From Eledone cirrhosa (Eukaryota), in the NCBI GenBank assembly GCA_964016885.1, contig OZ024750.1, forward strand, positions 54,560,001 to 54,624,000: a stretch of 64,000 nucleotides of DNA. The letters are read 5' to 3'. Position 1 is the first letter of the stretch. Each line of letters opens with the position of its first letter. Positions 51,018 through 64,000 of this stretch are shown one piece after another. A model generated the notes under the pieces. The model did no database searches. It had not been told where the DNA came from and saw only the letters and a program-made list of their open reading frames with translations. The position numbers and the translations under genes are program-made.

Positions 51018-51399
51018 AAAGGTTATAAATATATGAAATTGAAAGTTGGAAAATATACATAAGAAAGAGTATATATAAAAATTATATAGAAAATCATAAA
51101 AAATAAGAAGCACGTGTACATACATACACATATACGAACATACGTATAAAAATATATTTATATAAAAATAAGAAATAAAAAAAGAAATAGAAATAAAAAT
51201 TAAATGGTCAGACAAGGCGATACAATATATACACACACACACTCTTACATATATACACACACAATCCTACATTCAGACACACTCGTGTGTGCGTCCAAAA
51301 AATAAATATGTCAAAATACCATGTGGATATACGCATATCCACACATACACACACATATATATATATACATATAAACTCAACTCTCTCCACTCCCTGCCA

Positions 51400-54130
51400 T
51401 CACCACCCATACTCATATCACCTTCAAACCTAACCCCTGTATCCCGTCACCTTCCACCCCCTTTCCTCTCCCCACCACTGAATCTGCACACGCTTTGCCC
51501 AAGCACCTTAACCCCTCCACCTCCGCCCCTTTCACTCCCACACGTCCCTGCACTGTAGTCACCATACCCCAGGACCTACCACTCTCCGAAGATGAGTGCT
51601 CCCTCCTCGTCCGTGGTTTGCGTTTTATACCAACCACATCTACCTGCGACGAGTTCCACACACGTGCCGATATTGAGGGCTTCCGTTGATTAAAGCTGAA
51701 AGATTTTTTTTCACACAGACGGATGACTTCAGTTGCCGGCTACCACATTGGACGCTGAGCTTTGGCCAGTTCAGTACCCTCGACTCCTTTGTTGATACTT
51801 GCCGGCGTACTGTGAATCGGTTCCATTTCCACCAGCATTCTCATCGCTCTAACATCACGCGGGCTGAGCTCTCTGCTCTTCGCAACCTTCGGCATCGCGA
51901 TGACATTGTCATCAAATCTGCTGACAAAGGTGGCACTGTGGTGGTTTGGAACGTTGACCTCCATAGAGCTGAGGCTCTCCACCAGCTTCACAATACCCTT
52001 TTTTACCGCCCTTTATCCTCCGACCCCACTCCTGGCTACCAACAACACGTGTCCTCCACTATCCACCAACTCACCTCCTCTCTCCTACCCCCACAGCCAC
52101 CAACCTTATTGTATGCACCCCTCGCACACCCACCATCTACTTCCTCCCCAAAAAACACAAACAAAATAATCCTGTCCGTCCTATCGTTTCCACGTGCAAC
52201 TGCCCCACCGAGATAATTTCTGAATATTTAGACACCATCCTCGCCCCGTTGGTCAGCAATCTCCCCTCCCACATCCACAATACCAATCATGCCCTTAGAC
52301 TCTTCATCAACTCCTTCTCCTTCCCTCCTGGTCCCACTCACCTTCTCTTTATCCTAGACATTACCTCTCTCTATACCGTCATCCCTCATGATGACAGCCT
52401 CCGCGCTCTCCAACATTTATTTAGATTTACGCCCTACCCCTTACCCCAGCACTACCACCCTTCTCAGTCTAGCTGAGCTTCTTCTGAGCCTCAATGGCTT
52501 TTCTTTTTTGGGTGAATTCTATTAGCAGGTCTCTGATGTAGTGATGGGAACCAGAATGGGTCCAAACTATGCCAACTTCTTTGTTGGCTACGTCGAAGCC
52601 CAGATCTTCTCCCAGTACGCTAGACCAACTCCTGAGCTATACGCTCGTTATATCGATGACTGTATCAGCGCCACCTCTCTATCACGAGAACAGCTCAACT
52701 GTTTTCTTTCTTTTGTCCAATCTTTCCATCCTGCTCTCACTTTCACCGACTCCGTCTGCGATTCTTCTGTTGCTTTTCTAGATATCTCTCTATCTATTAA
52801 TCACTCTCACCACACCCTCTCTACTTCCAACTACATTAAACCAACAGACTCCCAATCTTACCTCGACTTCACCTCTTCCCATCCAACCCACACCAAACAC
52901 TCCATACCCTATTCCCAATTCCTCCGTCTTCGTCGACTCTGTAGCCAGGACAACGATTTCGAAACCCATTCCCTTTGCATGGCTTCCTGCTTCATCCAGC
53001 GTGGATATCCCTCCACCTTGGTCCAAGCTGTTCTCACCCGCACCCGCGAAACAGACCGCACCACAGCTCCTCACCTCACCCTCTCACCTACCACCCCATC
53101 GCCATATCCTCCGTTCCTTCCGTATCCTCTTGTCTGACCCTGTCACTTCTCACTTTTTTCCAAACCCACCCATTACTGCTTTTAAGCGCTCCCGCAACCT
53201 CTTTGTTCGCTGTTCTTTTTCGTCCTCTCCCACAACTCCACCCGGCTCTCATCCTTGTTCCCGTTCCCGCTGCAACACTTGTCCCTTTATTTCCACCCTC
53301 ACCACTCTTACAGGCCCTAATGGATCTTTCCATATCCGCCATTCCTTCACCTGCATATCCACCCACGTTGTCTATGTTCCTCCGGTGTTCCCTGTGCCGA
53401 ACATTTGAATGACATATGACTCAGTTTGGATACTCCTGTCGCCCGTCATTTTTGTTCTCCTGGTCATTCTTCCCTACAGTCCTGGGTGTCCTTTTACATC
53501 ATAGATCACAGGCCTCATGCACCAGGATTGAACAAAGTCTGATTCACCGTCTTGGGTCCTATTCCCCTCTTGGACTCAACTCTAATACCCCGTACATTAT
53601 CATACCCCTAGATTCCTATGGCTTTCTAATGATCATTAGCAGCTTCTCTTACAACTAATACAGGCCGACTATATATGCTCACTCCACTTTTCCCTTCACT
53701 GCTCTGTATACACACATACACACCCTTATATTAACATACTTTTGCTCATAGTCTCATACTTACATGCACGCACACTCCTTTACTCACATATACACACACT
53801 TTTCTTCTTAGCTTCGTACGGACGTATAATAACACACACACACACACACACATGCATACGCATGTGTACAAGTATAGCTCTTTTTACAAAACAGATTTTT
53901 TTTTCTTCCATTTCAGGTAGACGCGCTCCATCATCCACTTTTCTAAAAAATAAATCATACACAAAACGCCAGCACCAACAGTTTTGCAAGAAATGTCAAT
54001 ATGAATTGATCTGTTATCTTTATCTAAAGACATTTTTTCCAATTCCAACTCACCCGTCCCCTCAATCTATCTTGTTTCTCATTCTTTCTTCTGATGAAGG
54101 ACTAGCGTCCGAAACGTTAAGACCCTCTTC
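51400..54130 (+). mobile_element. Decayed Penelope-like element, second lineage (Neptune-like)
   Basis: LSEDECSLLVRGLRFIP, IVIKSADKGG, LDITSLYTVIPH, MGTRMGPNYAN, RYIDD, KPTDSQSYL, IPYSQFLRLRRLCS, CSRSRCNTC, FTCISTHVVY; many frameshifts; HHR in the 3' region. Confidence 0.88.
54087..54122 (+). ncRNA. Minimal PLE-type hammerhead ribozyme
   Basis: ucuu CUGAUGA a ggac uagc gucc GAAA cg UU aaga. Confidence 0.8.
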
Positions 54131-54213
54131 CTGCTATATCAAGCGTTAACCTAATATATTCCTTCCATATACTGTACCGATTGTGTTGTTATTTCTGTAT
54201 ACCTTTTACATAC

Positions 54214-54250
<37 letters not shown>

Positions 54251-54423
54251 ATTGGTATATTTACCAACATATGCGTACAGATGTACACTAATGCTAGCAA
54301 ATACATAAGTTATGTCATAGTACCTAGGTGGTTCTATGCAGGGGGATGCAGAACAATTATATGAAAGACGTAAAATAAGAAAATTTTAAAAATTAAAAAT
54401 TAACTTACTTACTAAAATTTTCC

Positions 54424-54503
54424 CTCCAACTAATTAGTTTCTGTAATGGGATAAATATAGTTACGCAATGTAACTATCGAGAATTTATTACGTCATCAGG
54501 GAG
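54424..54503 (-). ncRNA. Type I hammerhead motif (monomer 1)
   Basis: cucc CUGAUGA c guaau...auuac a GAAA cuaauuag UU ggag, with an internal auaguuac/guaacuau hairpin. Confidence 0.75.
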
Positions 54504-54955
54504 TCTATTCTCAGCTAAGTCCCCAGGCAATGCGCGGACACTAGGAACTCATATAAAAATAATAATTCGGTGGATGGAACAGCTAGCGGGGACTGAATTC
54601 CATAGCACTGAAAAAGTTCACTGCCTCTGGTCAAGTGGCAGATTCGAAAGAATCAATCACGTGACACTGAGGCTAGTCAGTAGGAGTGGGGTGGTATTAT
54701 GACAAGAGCCTACTACCACTACAATGAATTAGCAGTGGATTTGGCAAGTTTGCTCAACAAATAAATAATTTGGAGATAAATATAGAGAATTGGTATATTT
54801 ACCAACATATGCGTACAGATGTACACTAATGCTAGCAAATACATGTTATGTCATAGTACCTAGGTGGTTCTATGCAGGGGGATGCAGAACAATTATATGA
54901 AAGACGTAAAATAAGAAAATTTTAAAAATTAAAAATTAACTTACTAAAATTTTCA

Positions 54956-55035
54956 CTCCAACTAATTAGTTTCTGTAATGGGATAAATATAGTTACACAA
55001 TGTAACTATCGAGAATTCATTACGTCATCAGGGAG
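54956..55035 (-). ncRNA. Type I hammerhead motif (monomer 2)
   Basis: Same fold as monomer 1, with stem II guaaug/cauuac. Confidence 0.78.
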
Positions 55036-55823
55036 TCTATTCTCAGCTAAGTCCCCAGGCAATGCGCGGACACTAGGAACTCATATAAAAATAATAATTC
55101 GGTGGATGGAACAGCTAGCGGGGACTGAATTCCATAGCACTGAAAAAGTTCACTGTCTCTGGTCAAGTGGCAGATTCGAGAATTCATTATGATGACAATG
55201 AATTCAAGTGGCAGATTCGAGAATTCATTATGATGACATAATGAATTCTCGATGGTTACATTGCGTAACTATCTTTATCCCATTACAGAAACTAATTAGT
55301 TGGAGTGAAAATTTTAGTAAGTAAGTTAATTTTTAATTTTTAAAATTTTCTTATTTTACGTCTTTCATATATATATATATATACACAACCTTTCGATTAG
55401 CTTTGCAATCGAAAGGTTGTGAGTTCAATTCTCAGACCGGGTGATGTGTTGTTTCCTTGAGCAAGAGACTTTATTTCACAGTGCTCCAGTTTACTCAGCT
55501 GTAGAAATGAGATGATAGGGACTGGGGTCTCTATCATTCCACTGTAAAGTGGTCGTGGAGGTGCCATGGCAAAAAAGCACCCAGCACTCACTGTAAATGA
55601 GGTTGGTGTTAGGAAGGGCATCCAGCTGTAGAAATCAAGCCAGAATCAGTTCCCGTCTCACCCTTGCAAGCAGGGAAAAAGCGGACGTAAAAATGAAATG
55701 AAAAATGAAAATGATATATTTATATATATATGAAAAATGAAATGATGATATATATACACACACATACACATAAATAGATAGATACAGAGAAAAAAATGTA
55801 AAGAACACACAATATTATATACA

Positions 55824-56131
55824 CTAGCAGAAAAACCACCCTTCGGGTGGTTTTCTGCAACCATGTGTAGTGTGTATATTGATATTATACGCAAGTATAT
55901 TAACATGTAGATATATTACATCAAATAAAATCGCCACCGGAAGTGTTGACACCACACACTCTCTCTTTCTATATATATATATGGTAGTTGAAGTGGTGGT
56001 GGTGGTGGTAACGATATACCGGAAGTGCAACTTTGAAAAGAAGTCAATTTTAAATTATTTATTTTTATGAAATTATTTTTGTTTACGAAATTTAGTAGAT
56101 AAATTATGTAATATTCATTATTTATTCAAAG
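55824..56131 (-). mobile_element. Helitron-like 3' end (GCAGAAAACCACCC hairpin plus CTAG); inverted relative at about 63040-63436
   Basis: Hairpin GAAAACCACCCGAAGGGTGGTTTT followed by CTAG|T; shared internal sequence with 63040-63436. Confidence 0.6.
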
Positions 56132-56597
56132 TTGGCAGGTGAATTGGCAGTATCGGTAGAGGGTTGGACGCCATGCTTTCTAGCATAGTTACGTCCCATT
56201 ACAGTCTGAGTTCAAATCCCGCCGAGGTTAACTTTGCCTTTCATCCTTACGGGGTCGATAAAATAAAGTACCAGTAATGTAATAGGTAATTGCTGGCCTT
56301 GTGCCTAAAGTAGAAACAATTATTTATTCAAAGTGGCGGGGGATTGGCAGTATCAGTAGAAGGTCGGACGCCATGCTTTCCAGCATAGTTACGTCCCTTA
56401 ACAAAAGGGTGGTGAATTAGCAGTATCGGTAGAGGGTCGGATGCCATGCTTTGATGCATAGAGTTACGGCCCTTGCTGTTCTGAGTTCAAATCCCGCCAA
56501 GGTTAACTTTGCCTTTCATCCTTACGGGGTCGATAAAATATAGTACCAGAAATGCACTGGGTAATTGCTGGCCTTGTGCCAAAAGTAGAAACAATTA
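56132..56597 (+). mobile_element. Stack of three OK-like SINEs (one partial)
   Basis: Heads at about 56135, 56333 and 56407; target ATTATTTATTCAAAG duplicated. Confidence 0.85.
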
Positions 56598-56739
56598 TAG
56601 TTTAGATACATAAATATATATACACACACATACATGTATATATATATACACATACACATGTACACATATATACAAGCAAAGAAAGAAGCAAAAACAAAAA
56701 ATATATATGAATATACAGACATACATGTATCATCATGTT

Positions 56740-59700
56740 TCATCATCGTTTAACGTCCATCTTTCACGCTAGCATGGGTTAGACGGTTTTGTTCCATTTG
56801 ATGCGGGAATGGTGTGGAGACAATGTCTCGCTCGCACGGAAGTGTCTCTGGCAGGTTTTTTTTACAGCTGGATGCCCTTCCTAACACCAACCACATTTAC
56901 AGTGTGGACTGGGAGCCTTTTCACCATGTCTCGTACACGACTTACAGTGTGGACTGTTGTGTCATCGACACAGTGGAAGAAACAGGAGAGGGAAGGTGGG
57001 GTGTACATTGAGTTAAGAGGTCCCTACTGACTGTAGGTTTGTATGCAATGGTAGTCGGGTCTTCTGTACAACTGCATGGCGCCAAAGGTCTCGATGCCCA
57101 CCTACACCTCTTAGAGAGGTGTAGGTGGGCAAGATCAGTTTTTATTACCTCGTCCCAGGTTTTTCTTGGTCTACCCACTCCGCAACTTCCATCAATGTTC
57201 ATTGCCCTTCACTTTTTTATACTGTCGTCCTTCATACGCATCACATGTGCATACCAACGCAATCTCCTCTCCAGAATACAACATTTGATACCTCTTATGG
57301 TTAGTCTCCCTCTTAATTCGTTTATGCTTCGCCTTTCGTGCACATTACTATTACACATCCATCGGAGCATGCAAGTTTCATTTCCTTCTAATCTACGCAG
57401 GTCTTCAGCACACAATGCCCATGTCTCACTGCCATGTAACATTGCTGTTCATATACAGGCATCATACAATCTGCCTTTCATTTTTAGAGAAAAAATCCTT
57501 GTGGCCAACAGTGGTATAAGCTCTCTGAATTTTTTCTATCTTGTTCTAACTCTGGCTACTACACTTTCAGAGCACCCTCCTCCACTGCTGATTTTGTCAC
57601 CAAGGTAACAGAAGGTGTCTACTATTTCTATAGAACCATCTGGGCAGTTGAAGGGGATATCCAGTGGGTCCTTGCTGCTTACTGCACCTGAGCGTCGGCC
57701 ACATATAAAATCTAAATTCTTAGGTAGCTTACCTCTGATCCCACTACATCTTTTATGTACCCATAGTTTGCATTTGGGACATAGAATGGAGTGTCTACCT
57801 ACTCCTTTCTTACACACTGAGCATGGCCATTTCCCTGAGGGTACCCGTGCCCTATTCTCCTTTCTGCATACTAGAACCTTAGTGTTAGACAAGTTGACTC
57901 TAAGGCCTTTTGATTCAAGGCCATGCTTCGAGGTTTGGAACTTCCTCCTAGTTTTCTAAGAGCCCACCAGATTAAAGTGCGTGGGACTCTGTCAAAGATC
58001 CTTCTCCAGATCAACAAAAGCTAAGTAGAGGGGTTTACTGTTAGCTAGGTACTTCTCTTATAATTGCCGTACAAGGAAAAGAGCATCCGTGCTACTTTTA
58101 CCTAGCACAAACCCAAACTGCATTTCATCTAGATCAATTTGGTCTCTAATCAGTTGATTTGGTCAAATAATTTAATACCCCTATAGTTTCCTCTATCCAG
58201 GTTTTCTCCTTTGCCCTTGTAACAGTTGATGCTGCTATGCCAGTCATTTGGTATGACCCCATTCAGTATTACTTGGTTTACTATCCTGGTGACCATAGTA
58301 TGTCCCACCATTTCAGATACCTTCAACATTTCAGCAACTATCCCAGAAGGCCCAGCTGCCTTGCCTGTCTTCATATTTTTGATTGCCTTACTTATTACAC
58401 TACCATCAACTTGCACAGTTGGTCCCTCTATTGGATCAATTTTGGGCAGACTATCTTTATTCCATTCATTCTCCACATTCAGTAGTCTCTCGTAGTGACA
58501 CTTCCAAGCTACCTTCTTATCACTATCAGTGAGGGCAAGTACACCATCGTCATTACGGACACACGTCTCCCCGACAATATCACAGTTCTCCTTGACACAT
58601 TGCCTCACAATCCTGAATATCTCACTTCTTTCGTCTTCCCGTTGTAGAATATGCTTGAACATACTATCCTTTACTTCCCGTTTTGCAAGGTATACTTGTT
58701 GTCTAGGTTCTCTTCTACCCGATAGTGTTCTCTCTTACACCCGTCCTGCCATTGTTTCCAAGCATGCTTTTTGCCCTTGATGGACTCCTCCACCTTACTG
58801 TTCCACCACCATGTCACTCTCCTCCTGCCTAACGGTCTGCTCCAGCCACAGATTTTATCAGTCGCCTTCAACAGGTTAACTTTCAGGAATTCCCACTGTT
58901 CCTCTATATTGTATGTCTCTAATTGCTCTTCCTTACTATCAAAAGCATCAAGTAATATGCCTTTGAATTTGTTACTGTCTGTGGGGTTCTTCAACTTCCA
59001 TAATCTTCTCCTTAAGGTATTCCTTTGACAATGAGTATATCTGGCCCTGACTATGAGGCCACTTACTATTAAATTATGTTGGGAGGCGCATTCCTCGCGA
59101 GGGAGGGACTTAGTGTTCAAAACAGACACTTTGTCTCGTTTCCTAGTAAGGATAAAGTTTATCTGGCTGGTGTGCTCCCCTGATCTATACGTGATCAAAT
59201 GACTGTCACGATTTTTGAAGTTTGTGTTGCAGACAGTCAGGTCATTTGCATCACACAATTCCAGGATCCTGAAGCCTTCCTCATTTCTAGTACCAAACCC
59301 ATAGCCTCCATGGATTCCATCATAACCATCACAATGTTGTCCAACATGACCATTAAAGTCGCCAGCAATAATTATGTAGTCACTGTTGGGTATCTGGGAG
59401 GTAGTGAGCATTAGAGACTCATAGAACCTGTTTTTAGTAACATCTGGTAATCCTGATTGGGGTGCATCATCATCATCATCGTTTAACATCCATGTTCCAC
59501 GCTGGCATGGATTTGAACGGGAGTTTTCCCACTTGAGGCAAGAGTGGTTGTCTTGCTCGCATAGGACTGTCTGGCGGGTTTTCTACAGCTGGATGCCCTT
59601 CCTAACACCAAACATATTTACAGTGTGGGACTGGGAGGTTTTTACCGTGTTGCCTACACGGCCACATTACAGCATGGACTGTGTGTTTTTTTGTCGTGAC

Positions 59701-61150
59701 ACCTACACAATCTCATTTGTTTCGGCCTGGATGTTGTGGCACCAACATAACTATACATTGAAAGGGGTGGGGTGGGGGGTGTATTTTGTTAGAGATGCCT
59801 ACTGACTGTAGTAGGTTTTACTTTGTATTTAGGTAAGGCGTGTCTTCTCTATTACTGAGTGCCGCCAAAGATCTCGGTCCAGTGACATTGTCTTGGAGAG
59901 GTATAAGTGTGTGAGGTCGGAGTTCATCAGGTCATCCCAGGTTTTTCTGGGTCTGCCTACTCTGTGGCTACCGTCTATCTTTATTGCCCTGCACTTTTTT
60001 ATACAGCTGTCGTCTTTCATGCGCATTACGTGACCATACCAACGTAGCCTTCTCTCGAGTAAACAACATCTGATCCCTCTTATTTCTAATTTTTCCCTTA
60101 GTTCATTTATGCTTTGCCGTTCGCGTATATTACTATTACACATCCAGCGGAGCATGCAAGCTTCGTTCCTCTCTAGTCTGCGTATATCCTCTGCACACAA
60201 TGCCCAGGTCTCACTGTCATGCAACATTGCTGTTCGTATGCAGGCATCATACAGCCTGCCTTTCATTTTTAGGGAGAACCCTTTAGCGGCTAATAGTGGT
60301 ATAAGCTCTCTGAACTTTTTCCATCCAGTTCTGACTCTAGCTACTGTACTTTCAGAGCACCCTCCCCCACTGCTGATTTTGTCACCCAGGTAACGGAAGC
60401 TGTCCACTATTTCTATAGAACCCTATAATAGATACAGTTGTCCCATTTAGTACTAACCTTATTTTAATGATCCTGTCATTCACTCTATCTATGGCAATTA
60501 CCTTGTCTGCCCATTTTTCTGTTAACATAATTCCAAAACCACTCAGCCCACTATTACATTCCATCCAGAAAAGCTGATAGCATTGTTTCCTGCCCACAAT
60601 GAATCTAGTAAACCCACCTCTCCACCTGCTCTCTTGAACATAACAAACATCGACTTCCTTACGTTCAAGCATCTCTACAACCTCGTTTGAGTGACCTTTC
60701 AATGTGCCTACATTCATGGTACCAATTCTGAAATTTTGGATATTGCTGGGGGTGGGGTGGAATGGAGGCACAGCAAGGGGTATGGGTGACGGAATTATGT
60801 TGGTCTTGGGCTTCCATATCTGATATGATAGGAATGCGGGAGATGGAATTATGTTGGTCTTAGGCTTCCATATCTGATATGATTGGGCTGCATTTGCATG
60901 CTCGTCCTGAAACGGGAGGTGAATTCATCTTTATCATTGTGAGTGGTAACATTCCCCAACTCTGTAATCCATTTATCGTAGCGAACAAGGTCTAAGAATT
61001 ATTGGCCTTATGAGAGAGATTAGCATTAGAAGCCTTATTATAAAACCACTGAGTTTTGATTGGCCCAATAACTATGGTGGTAAGTGGGGGTGATTGGGAG
61101 GGAATGGTGACTTCGGAAGACGGACATGCTTAGCCAACCTTGGCTTCTTA
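56740..61150 (-). mobile_element. Decayed near full-length RTE LINE with internal deletion, split by a nested RTE
   Basis: APE reads ...NGTTVSII (60425) and resumes at APQSGLP (59465); RT and finger remnants at 57536-58662. Confidence 0.88.
59466..60424 (-). mobile_element. 5'-truncated RTE subfamily A copy nested in the APE domain of the older RTE
   Basis: Near-identical to 9440-10395; (GAT)n tail. Confidence 0.88.
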
Positions 61151-61920
61151 ATTCTTGCTTCTATTTCTAAATGGATACAGACAGGAAATATATTTTTAAA
61201 TGTCTACATTACAGTTTTTCCGGCCGCTACATTCCAGTGTGTGTGTATATATATATACACATGGCTTAGTGGTTAGAGCATTGGCCTTACAATCGAAAGG
61301 TTGTGAGTTCAATTCTCAGACCGGGTGATGTGTTGTTTCCTTGAGCAAGACACTTTATTTCACATTGCTCCAGTTTACTCAGCTGTAGAAATAAGATGAT
61401 AGGGACTGGGGTCCATATCATTCCACTGCAAAGTGGTCGTGGAGGTGCCACGGCAAAAAAAGCACCCAGCACTCACTGTAAATGAGGTTGGTGTTAGGAA
61501 GGGCATCCAGCTGTAGAAATCAAGCCAGTATCAGTTCCCGTCCCACCTTTGCAAGCAGGGAAAAGCAGACGTAAAATGATGAAAATGATGATGATATATA
61601 TATATACACACATACATATAAAAATATGTACATAGACAATTACGGAAAAGCATGCAAAAAAACCTTGCGTAAAGAAGCAATAATTAAAAATTACAGTAAA
61701 CGCTTATATTATCATAGGGCACAAAATATACAAAAAAAACTCTATGTATGCTTATATATACACACATGTATAACATGCAAGTCAGATACACACCTACATG
61801 TATAAACACAGATACACATACACACAGACAATAAGTAGGTGCACATAAGTATAAACACACACATATATATATACACATATACACACGGACATATACATAT
61901 GCATACATACACATAGTCAC

Positions 61921-61954
<34 letters not shown>

Positions 61955-62847
61955 GTGGGTTAAGATTCGAATGTAAAAGATTAAGAAAGGTTAAAGAGTG
62001 CAATTGTATATTGAAAATTGTATATAAAAAAACTCAGTAAAGGAAATGAAGTCAATAAGTGAATAATATAGGTGTAATATAAAATAAGTGTTGAATGTGT
62101 ATCGTATGTGTGATGAAAGTCCAGGGTATTTGAAATAAGAGAGAGTGTTCAAGGTAGATGAGTATCCAAAATGGTGTTATGATGCCGGGAAAGGAGATGA
62201 GTTCTTATATGTGGGCAAAATTAAAAAATTTCAGAATTTAAATTAAGACAAGTAATGGGAGATTTCAAATTTTGTAGAATCCTGTATTTTTCTGTTACAC
62301 ACAAGGTACACCTTCTTGTGCCTTTTACATATTCTTTTGATTGGTCTAAAATAGACCAATCAATTTCATATAGGATCCCACACTCTATTTGCCAACGCCG
62401 TAGTTTTCTTTTTTTTTCTGGTGTTGAAAGAAAGCAATGTGTGCATAGTATCTTTTTTTTAAAGTATCCTAACCCTAACCCACATCATTCTCCAGCAGCA
62501 GGTTGTTTGGCATTAGGAAGGGTATCCAGCTGTAGAAACTTTTCCAAAATGGAATGTATCAACAAGAAATAGTTGTCTTACCTATCTGTCTAGCCTCTAT
62601 GTGATGACCTCTCTAACCCATGCAACGTGGAAAATAAATGTAAATTGGTGATGATTTTATCCATATGTGATTATAATGGAGTATTCCACTATTAATTTTG
62701 CTAATACTAACAATAAGTATTATTCTAATTGTATAAGGAAAATTAATAATAACATCTAAATTATAATAAAGTAAGAAGCACGGGACTGCGTACGGTTTAT
62801 AATTTGTTATCCCCTTAGTAAAATAAGTTGGATTACTTTGAATAAAT

Positions 62848-63037
62848 AATTGTTTCTACTTTTGGCACAAGGCCAGCAATTACCCAATCCATTACTGGTA
62901 CTTTATTTTATCGACCCCGTAAGGATAAAAGGCAAAGTTAACCTCGGCGGGATTTGAACTCAGATCATAAAGGGCCGTAACTCTATGCTTCAAAGCATGG
63001 TGTCCGACTCTCTACCAATACTGCCAATCCACCGCCC
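62848..63037 (-). mobile_element. OK-like SINE with 15-bp TSD
   Basis: Flanked by CTTTGAATAAATAAT on both sides. Confidence 0.85.
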
Positions 63038-63512
63038 TCTTTGAATAAATAATGAATGAATATTACATAATTTATCTACTAAATTTCGTGGCTTCTCATT
63101 AAATATATTTTATTATTTATTTAAAGATTCACTTCTTTAAAATTTTCAAATGTCAACACTTCCGGTTAGCAATCGTTTAAATAAATATTTATATATTTCT
63201 CCTAATGCAGTTTATATATAATATCGTCTTTTTTAATGTATCGTGGATTGTGTTACTGATTACATAAGACAATGTAACGCATTCTTCGTTCACTTTCTGT
63301 GTATATTGTCAATTACGATTTTATTTGATCATATCTACATGTATATATACTTGCGTATAATATCAATATACACACTTCACATGCTAGCAGAAAACCACCC
63401 TCGGGTGGTTTGCTGCTAGGGTGGTTTTTCTGCTAGTTATGAATAATAATAATGATGTAATGCTTTTTACCTGAACCTATAATTTTGCATGTTGCAACAA
63501 CTCCATGTACAA

Positions 63513-64000
63513 TCATCATCATCGTTTAACGTCCATTTTCCATGCTATCATGGGTTAGACGGTTTGTCCCATTTGATTCAAGTTGGGTCAGATGACCGTG
63601 TCTTGCTCATATAGCTTCCATCAGTTTTGATCGCCCTGCATATTTTTATACAGCTGTCATCCTTCATATGTATCTCATGCCTATACCAACACAATCTCTT
63701 CTCCTGCATACTGCATCTAATACCTAATTTTTCTCTTAATTCATTTTCACTTTGCCGTTCATGTATATTACACATCCATCAGAGCATGCATACTTCATTT
63801 TTTTCCAGTCTTCGCAGGTCCTCTACAAAGTGCCCAGGTCTCACTACCATGTAACATTGCTGTTCGTATACATGCATCGTACAATCTGCCTTTTATTTTT
63901 AGGGAAAAACCCCTTTAGTAGCGGTAGTAGCTCTCTGAACTCTCTCCATCCTGTTCTTACTCTGGCTACTGTACTTTTGGAACACCCTCCTCTACTTCTG
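63513..64000 (-). mobile_element. RTE LINE 3' fragment (runs off window)
   Basis: LHGSETWAL and ELREKLGIR remnants; (GAT)n tail. Confidence 0.85.

Larger units (their letters stand above)
54251..55370 (-). mobile_element. Family-A HHR element: ~1.7 tandem ~535-nt monomers plus inverted partial copy
   Basis: ATTGGTATATTTACC at 54251 and 54789; inverted copy at about 55231-55370. Confidence 0.85.

Noticed and set aside
61258-61330. tRNA gene candidates (A/B boxes here and in other SINE heads)
   Set aside because: No complete cloverleaf; they continue directly into SINE core and tail sequence.

Overview
Eukaryotic, AT-rich, almost entirely repeat-derived DNA. The SINE, RTE and Penelope families and the very long (TA)n arrays point to a cephalopod, probably Octopus (inference). 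The only host coding sequence I can support is one 125-nt internal exon (36363-36487, +) of a 14-kDa phosphohistidine phosphatase (PHPT1/Janus-Ocnus family), so the window is probably giant introns of that gene. The rest is nested mobile DNA: several RTE-clade LINEs carrying a C4HC3 PHD-like finger inside the RT C-terminal region, a CR1-group RT, a decayed Dong/R4 element, a Tx1/L1 fragment, two lineages of Penelope-like elements (PLEs), tRNA-derived SINEs, Merlin/hAT/mariner/piggyBac-like DNA elements and Helitrons. The most striking unannotated signal is about 15 type I hammerhead ribozyme (HHR) motifs found by eye. Some lie in PLE pseudo-LTRs. Most lie in at least six apparently unrelated, non-coding 160-770-nt elements inserted in (TA)n or other microsatellites. 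Several of these show tandem or terminally redundant monomers with an inverted segment, and HHRs with palindromic stem III and long or branched stem II. They look like a diverse set of PLE-mobilised retrozyme-like RNAs. All base-pairing was read manually, no searches were run, and element boundaries are approximate unless a TSD/TIR is quoted.
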